From Phoronis australis (Eukaryota; Animalia; Phoronida), in assembly GCA_002633005.1 (NCBI GenBank), contig NMRA01000187.1, forward strand, positions 239,208 to 303,207: 64,000 nucleotides of DNA, given 5' to 3'. The position numbers were made by a program, and so were the translations under genes. Below are positions 12,701-21,700 of the stretch, piece after piece. Every line of letters begins with the position of its first letter. Within the stretch, counting starts at the first letter, position 1. The notes beneath the pieces are model-generated. The model was not told where the DNA came from. It saw only the letters and a program-made list of their open reading frames with translations, and ran no database searches.

Positions 12701-15700
12701 GATCTGCCATGACACGTACTTGACCATAGGCTGAAACAACACAGTCATCTACAGTACTGTATACAGCTAATAGAGTTGATCACAGTAATACAGTACAGTA
12801 TACAACTAATAGAGTTGATCACAGTAACACAGTACAGTATACAACTAATAGAGTTGATCACAGTAACACAGTACAGTATACAGCTAATAGAATTAATCAC
12901 AGTAATACAGTACAATATACAGCTAATAGAGATTATCATAGTAATACAGTACTGTACAACTAATAGAGTTGATCACAGTAATACAGTACAGTATACAATA
13001 GTCATCATAGTAATACACAGGGCTTGGAATGATCAATGACAAAAACGCGAAAACTTTTACGACCCAAATTATGCGCGCTACCCAGCCTTGAAATGGTTGA
13101 TGTGAAAATTTCCCCGACAAAAATCGGGAGGGCTAAAAAAAAAAAGAAAAAAAAAAAAGAAAAAAAAAACGTTACCACCATCAGTACCATGTGTCTGCGT
13201 CCTTTTAGGTCGCCCGTCCACTCCCAATCCACACACTTTTGGCTGCAGAGCCGTAGTATTTGTCGCCGCGGTTTACACGAGAAGCCATTGAAAATCCCAC
13301 CACGCTATCCCAGATGCCCCGGCAATGTTGACAATTTACGTTCCTCCGAAACATAAAGAGCAACTTCCGCTTTTCGAGGTGAACGTCGTCTGCAACGCCG
13401 CGGTAAGAAAGGAATTTGCCGCGGAAAATTTATATCAAATCCGATTTTTTTACGCCGAAATATAATAAAATGCGCGGAAAGAACATTTGAAAAAAGCGGA
13501 AATCCGCGTTTCCGCGGAAAATTCCAAGCCCTGAATACAGTACGCTCCAATAGAGCTCGACAAATGGCAGAAACATTCCACAAATTTATGAAGCTGTGTT
13601 CTCCACAACCTCCATTGACTCATCACAGGGTCGATTTTGAATTTTGTTGAGAAGTGTTTGAATTACTTTCATCGAGTTTGAAAATCTATGCAACCAGTTT
13701 GAAGTACTGATATATTATTCATTTCATAAACAAGTTAAAAATTGTTGAGATTTCTTGACCAGTTCAATGTATTTATTCCAAGCTCCTCAAAGTATGGACA
13801 TGGACTTTCGAAAGCGTACAAGAATTTTGTAATTCCATACAGGAATTTTGTAATTCCAGACTAGTTTGAATTTTCTGTTGTAGAGAACTCTGAGAAGACA
13901 ACAGGCAAAATCAACTGAAAATCAGTAGGATTTTTGCTTTGGATGGAGCTTCTTTTTGAAACCCGTTGTACATCATTTCCAGATGTACAGATAGTCCTCA
14001 AGTTCACTTCACCTTTAACCATTGTTACAAAATACTGTTAAGTGAATTTGATATCAGTAGACAACAACATAAATGCAGTAGGTGAGATTTTTCTTCGATT
14101 TTGTTGCTGATCAAAAAATACATACTTGTGCTTTTCAGACTGCATGCAGCGTCATACAAACCAGCTTTGGTTCATATTTGGATGTTAGCTATGTTTGCTG
14201 CTTCCAATCCAAAGACTTCATTTTTTTAGTTTTAAAGAAAATGTACTACGATATACTTAGATCGTTTGAGCTCTCAAATTACATGTAGGACTGGATATAT
14301 CATTTCAAACTTAATTCACACAAGCGGAAGCACTATATTATCCACAGCACTGTATGCAGGTTCAAATTATTTTAGGAAATCCTAATGGTTCAATGGAAGG
14401 TTTGTAAATAAAACAAGCAGTGAAACAGTAAGAAAACAGGGCATAGTAGGTGACCAGTTGTAGACAGGTTAGCACAAGCAGTCCTCATAGGGCTGTTCCA
14501 GTAAAAAATGTACGGGAAGGGGGAAGGCACTTTCATTTCTTACCCACCGCCCATATTTTTCTTTTTTCTCTCCAACCCACTTCACATAACTTTTAATTAT
14601 GTTGAAATATAAAATGCAGTTGTTGAGAGAATCAACCTGTCTTGAAAACATTAAAATGGCCAACAGGGGGTGCTACGGTAGCCAAATCTGTCTGAAAACC
14701 GATTGGTGCTGGTGCATGCCATCCAGCTATGTCTATGCCAAATGTTTTCATGATCCATAAGCGGTTTCAAGATAACTGACAGACAAGCAATGACCTGAGC
14801 AATCGAAAACTTAAGGGCGCCAAGGCACAGTAGTTGAATCCGTCCAAAAATTGACTGGTGCAAGCACATTCTTGCCATGTTTCCGTTTCAAATTTGATCG
14901 TGATCCGTCATGCAGTTTTCAAGATAATCGACACACAAGGAGTGGCTTGGCCAACATGGGTTACCAAGGTTACCAAATATGCTTGAAAATCGACTGGTGC
15001 TAGCATGTCTCCATCACGTATCTCTATACCTAATTTCATCGTTATCCGCCAAGTGGTTGTTGAGATAACTGATGGACAAGAAATGATAATGACAGACAGA
15101 CCGACATGATAATGACAGACAGACCGACATGATAATGACAGACAAACCGACCACAAAGTTTCTACGGGTGCATAATTCCTTGCGAGATCACAACTCACGT
15201 CAGTTACCAAAAACTTGCTTTTCAAAAACGCACGTGAGCAATACTTTTGGCAGCCAGTCCACCATGTGCTTCTGTAATTTCAGTAAGATTTTTTTCAATT
15301 TCATGGATCAATGAATCTCAAAGTGTCTCAACCCATGATTTTAGACTGCTATGCCAAGTGAATATTGGAACGTATCTATCTTACTCCTCATACTTTTTAT
15401 TTAAAAATCACCAATTGTCTTAGATGTGTTAACACCAGTTTAGTGTTGCAGTAATTTTCATTCTAATGTAACTGCAGTACAACATGTGCATGTAATCAAA
15501 TTGCCCATCACTTGTTTAGCAGCACAGTGTACATATTGCACTCTGTACACTAGCAACAGCGCTCAATTTTATTGTTTTGGGATACTTTTAGATATCTGCC
15601 AAGTGAATTTTTGGTGAGTTTTAATTTCTTTTGAGATGTGTTTGGCTGAAAATATCCACCTGTTAACATTTTGAGGTAAAAAAATACAACCCAGTTTTAA

Positions 15701-18700
15701 CACTTTACTTCTTACAAGAACGACCACCCATGATTTGAGTTTTCTTCTTAAGACCAAAACGCATCAATTTTTAATTTCAACTGTCATCCCCCCTTCTCAT
15801 ACATAATTTTGCTGGAACAGCCCTTAATAGAATTATGAATGAACCAATAAATACTTGATAACCTAAGATTAAAATATTCAAACATTCACACATTTTGATG
15901 AACATGTATTATATTTCAAAATAGATACAAAGCAATAAGAAAGTGTGAGAAGTGACAATGGGCACACAATGTGAAAAGGCTCTCACAGATTCCTTGGTGG
16001 TTAACCTTCCAACATCCAATGTTTAACGCAGTGTTTACAATCAACAAGTTGAAACAAGACAAGTGATGGTACTCAGATATCAAAGCATCGCCAACACACA
16101 CAATGCAAAAGATAGACAAGTCAACAATCAGTCAGTTTGAGCAATATTCTGTAAACTTTATAAAAAGCACAGCATAATGTATACATATTATTCACCTAAG
16201 TGACCCAATTTGTCATTTTTTCAAACTTCAGTACAATTGTAGTATCCAAAAGTTAATTTGCCCCAAAAGTTGGTCGTCAACACAGCGCGAGGTCACAATG
16301 TGCCAACTCAGTCAAGCTAGTTCACAGGCCAATGGACTGGCGTGTCAAAAAGTACCAGGATGATCTAGTAGCATGGCTAAGATAAACAGTAGTGATACTA
16401 GTGAGAGGCAGCATACTGCAGAGGGACCCTGTAAAAAGACGGCAATAGGTGACGGAAACAATTCCTGGCCACGAAGGGATACCATTCCCATTTTGTGAAG
16501 CCAGGGAATGGAAAAAAGAGGATAACGAGACTGGCAACTGAGCAAGATTGGAAATGAAACTTGAAGTTTAAATGGAGCCGAATGTCTTGGCACTTTGGTG
16601 AGTTAACCCTAGCTAGACTACCTTGTTGCATTGTAAGTGTTAGGCATTGTTGTATACCATAACCCAGCGTGTTAAACCACCGCACCACCTCATATCTACC
16701 ACTGAAAACCTTTTCGCATTGCGTTACTGACAGATGGCCAGTGCAGTGCTGCGAGGGCGCCAGGAATTGCTTCACTGCACAATACTTACGATCGTTATCT
16801 GTGGCTAACTTTTTGGCATCGGGACCACCAGCTGAAAATTGGAGAAGAGAATTAAATTAGAGAGCACAGTGGCTCACAGAGGCTACAGTATATAGTGAGT
16901 TACTAACTCTAGCTATATCTCACTTATCTTCTTACTAACAAGTCACCTAACCAAACCTGCAGACCCACAGACACTGGCCAGTATATCCCTTCTTTGTTTC
17001 ACCAACAGATGTCCATGGTGTCTCCATGTGAGGTGGGTATTACCATTAGCGCAATGCATATACTTACATGAGAAGGACCAGCCCCCATGACAGTGCAACC
17101 AACCTTTTCTAGATGGAAACACAGGTGCTGGGCAACCGTTGTACGCATAGCCACATGATCAGGCGCCTGGCAACCGTTGAACGCATAGCAACATGACACT
17201 GTCCAGGTAATGGAGTCGTGACAGCAAGACACAAGAAACGATTGGCACAAAACAAATCAATGCATAAAACAGTAGAAAAAGAAAACACAAGGTGGAACAA
17301 AAGAGGCGATCCTGGTGAAGACGGGTGTTGTCCGTGTAGCACATGGCCAACTGTGTGGTCTAGGGAACAAAACTGGTTAATAGAGAAGACAAGAACCGCA
17401 GTAAACAATGGATGATTCGAAGGTAACCAAGAAAACGAGCGACCCATTCAACAATCGGTGGAAAAAACATGGGCAATAACTCAGACACGGTCTGTTTCTG
17501 ATGTGCCGAAACAGATGAACGAGTACATATGTGTGTACAGTATAACTATCTTTGTTGTACGAGTAGTTATGACAACTGAGGAACAACAAACAAACAAACA
17601 AACAAACAAACAAACAAAAGAACAGTCCAACATTGGAGACAACATCACCAACAAAGAGAGCCATCACACCAGGGCTGAGTCCAAGCCAAGTGCTCTGCTA
17701 AAGATCTCTGGCCATCTGTAAATGAACCACAGCAGAAAGCAAGCAACATCCGGGCAGTAGACAACTGCAAAGTCACTTAAAGAGTCGGGCAGACACTATA
17801 CAGTAACAATAAGCGCCCCCTGTTTCTGGTCAAGACATGGAGAGCATTGAACAAAGATGACTCACCTTCTTGGTCAGGTTGTCCGCTGCCCCACGGGTAC
17901 TCACCAGCATCACTACTATCCCAAGTGCGCTTCATTCCTGCACCAGTGTCTCCACCTGCAGTTGGCGGTTTCATTCTAGCCGCAATCTGAAACAAGTTAT
18001 TGGACTATTAGTGATCATTTTACAAGGGTTCATTTTCACTAGCGATCATTTTCACTAGCGATCATTTCCACCAGATTTTTGCATGGTCGTTCGTTTTCCA
18101 TCACAAATAGGTGTGTAGCAGTCAATTTGGGCATAATGTATAAGTGGTGGGGCTCTGATGTTTACACGCAGTGTAATCCCAGTCGTCTGTGCATATTTCT
18201 TGTGTTGGTAACTGTAGCTCTGATGATATGATAATCTTCAGAACAGCACTTTGGGATCACCAAAAACAGTGCACTAATCATTCAATCTGTAATATATCTC
18301 TGGTATGTTATTTAGCCGTTTTAGTAAATTTACAGTGTTTTAAGTAAAAAAGCTCACTATATGAGAGCTGTTTTGTAAATTTAGATGTTAAAGTCTTGTT
18401 CTACACATTTTTGCAAAAAACCTCACCTTGTATGGTGGTGGTGGGGGGGGGGGGGNNNNGGGGGGGGGGGGTCACTACCAGTGAATGGTGATGGGGGTAA
18501 CACGTCATTGGAGTCATGCACGTGCCGTTCCGACACGTTTGTTGTAGTTTTTTTCACGTGCGACCCGTTTAGTTTTGTCAGATGTGGAGAATACTGCTTG
18601 CATGGAAAAAATTCCAATTCACAACAAGGACTAACAACATGCTCTACCTTTGGTGCACACTGGGATATACTTAAGCCACTTGCACAGTCACTAATGTGAA

Positions 18701-21700
18701 GAAAAATGGTGCTGGACAAGTAGAAGTTGATTTGCCGGTCGCCCAGGTGGCGTGCAAATTGTCAGTGCGCAAAAGCACGAAATCGTTTTAAAGATGAACA
18801 TGAATAAACTTTCTCCTCCTGGTGCTGTTTTTATAATGAATTTGTGTGGGACCACTCAGTGTGGCCTTTTATTTAGTCCAATCTACAAAGCGCTTAAGAC
18901 CTACTGATTCGGTAGGAGCACACTGCATCAATGGTTTTTAGTGCTGGAACATTGAGACGCCAACCAAACTGAACCATAAATACATAATAAAAACAGCACA
19001 GGGAGGAGAAAATTTATCAGTTTTCATCTGGGAAACAATAGTGTTATTTGTGTTCTGAAAATTCAATCACCACCTGGGCGACATGCATGTGGACTTCTAT
19101 GTGCACAGCATCATCTTTACAGCGATTGGTTAAGTATATCCCTGCATTAGCGATTGGTTAAGTATATCCCTGCATTAGCGATTGATTAAGTATATCCATG
19201 TTCTCGAAGAAATAAAAAAAAACAATATGCCCACTTTATTCGCAACTTCATGATTCGCACCCGCAGGAACCAGTTTCCACTAAATAACTAATATTGACGT
19301 TACTCAGTGGAAACACAGGTGTCCTCAGCTACTGATCGTCCCCAATACACTATATATAGTAGGAAGGACAAACAAAAAGTAGGTCACTGTGCTCCATATC
19401 TGCCTCCATGTAAAACTCCCGGTAAATTACCCGACTTCAGACTTCAAAGTTAACTATAAGACAATTTTGTGTTATAAATCTTTACCTTTGTCTGTATTTG
19501 AAAGTTTGTGATCTTTTTGTCTCGACATATCGCTGATAAACCATTTTTGTAAGCTTTTTTTAGCACACGATTTTCCGCCATGCGACCAACTTTCGAAAAA
19601 AAGGTCTCCTGTTCCTCCTATTTAAAGGAGCACTATACTCTAGATTACAAACAGGAAATTTGGACAGGATGTAGTTTAGATGCGTTCGCATCTCCTCAAG
19701 TTCTTTTCTCAAAGTCAAAGTCAAGTTTTCATGGCGAGCTTTTGATCGTCCGGAAGGCATAATTTTGATCGGTTAGGAGATTGATGACTTTGCAGTTGCG
19801 TAAGTTGCCCCGATTTTTAGACAGAATTTATCACTCTTTTAATTGGTAATTATTTCATTATCAGAAATTTTGCGCATTGGCACTTTTCAAACAGCAGTCG
19901 TTAGTTCACTAAGTCGCCACATGTCAGTGCCACAACCGTCTACCTTGAAGTTCTATGTGCTGAAACTCTTGGGCAGATCCGGGATTTTTAGACAGAACGA
20001 AGGGGCATGAGCAGAGTATTAGGATATCACCCGTAAGATATTTGCACTCCAGTTTTAGGGGGGCATTGGGCTGCCCCCCTTTGCCCCAAAATCCACCAAC
20101 GTTATCTTGTGGTTTGTGGTTTGATGTGAAATTTCCTCTTAACTCAGATGTATTTATTTCTAAGCTGATGTATTGTCTATACTCTTTTCCTTTTAAGCTG
20201 TATTATCCATTGTAGATACAGCTGAGCCTGTTGCATGTGCTAAAAACACACTTAAACAGCAATATCACTGTAGAAATCGATCTAAATTTTTGTATCATAC
20301 ACACCACTATGTTCGTCTCAATGAGACGAATCTTTTGATATGTAGCACATGTATATTCTTTTATTTTTTAGAGAATCATGCAAAAAGGCAGACATTTTAC
20401 GCATAATCTTCGCGTTTCAACGGCCATTTTCTAATTTTTGCATAATTTCATTTCTCACACCAAGGGTTTTCCAAAAATGTATGACCCATGGGCATTGTAA
20501 AAAAAAAATAAATAAACTTTATCCTCCCTATATACTACAAGGCAAGACACTCCAGACTAGAAATTCCACGGGTGGTTCAACAAACCATGAGGAATTGTTC
20601 GGCACTAGTTGGATATAATGCACCCTAACTTATTCCAAATAAATCCACTAAATGTAGGTCTCCGGGCTTGGAATGACCAATGACAAAAAACGCGGAAACT
20701 TTGAAACTTTTACGGCCCAAATCATGCCCGATAACCAGCCTTGAAATGGTCAGTGTGAACCTTTCCCCACAAAAATCGGGAGGACTAAAAAAAAACGTTA
20801 CCACCATCAGTAGCATGCATCTGCGTCCTTTTAGCTCGCCCGTCCACTCCCAACCCACACATTTTTGGCTGCAGAGCGGTAGTATTTGTCGCCGCGCTTA
20901 ACAATAACACGAGACGCCATTGAATATCTCCCACCACGCTATCCCAGATGCCCCGGCAATGTTGACAATTTACGTTCCTCCGAAACATAAAGAGCAACTT
21001 ACGCTTTTCGAGGTGAACGTCGTCTGCAACGCCGCGGTACGAAAAGAATTTGCCGCGGAAATTTTATATCAAATCCGATTTTTTACGCGGAGATATTGTA
21101 AAAATAGCGGAAAGCACATTTGAAAAAAGTGGAAATCCGTGTTTCTGCGGAAAATTCCAAGCCCTGAGGTCTAAATGAATTATTTTGGTATAGTTGAATT
21201 CCTCAGACATCTGGCTATCTGTACAAATCCTTTTCATGGCCCTCAATTACTCTAGTCTATAACTACGCCATTCCGAAGTCGGTCCACTTTAGCTATGCGC
21301 ATCGTGAAATCGGCACCCATTTCAGGGAACTTACTATATCTAGCGCCATCTATCGGCGATTTGCTACAACNTTTAGACCTACATTTAGTGCATTTATTTA
21401 GACCTACATTTAGTGCATTTATTTAGACCTACATTTAGTGGATTTATTTAGACCTACATTTAGTGCATTTATTTAGACCTACATTTAGTGGATTTATTTA
21501 GACCTACATTTAGTGCATTTATTTAGACCTACATTTAGTGGATTTATTTAGACCTACATTTAGTGCATTTATTTAGACCTACATTTAGTGGATTTATTTA
21601 GACCTACATTTAGTGGATTTATTTAGACCTACATTTAGTGGATTTATTTAGACCTACATTTAGTGCATTTATTTAGACCTACATTTAGTGGATTTATTTG

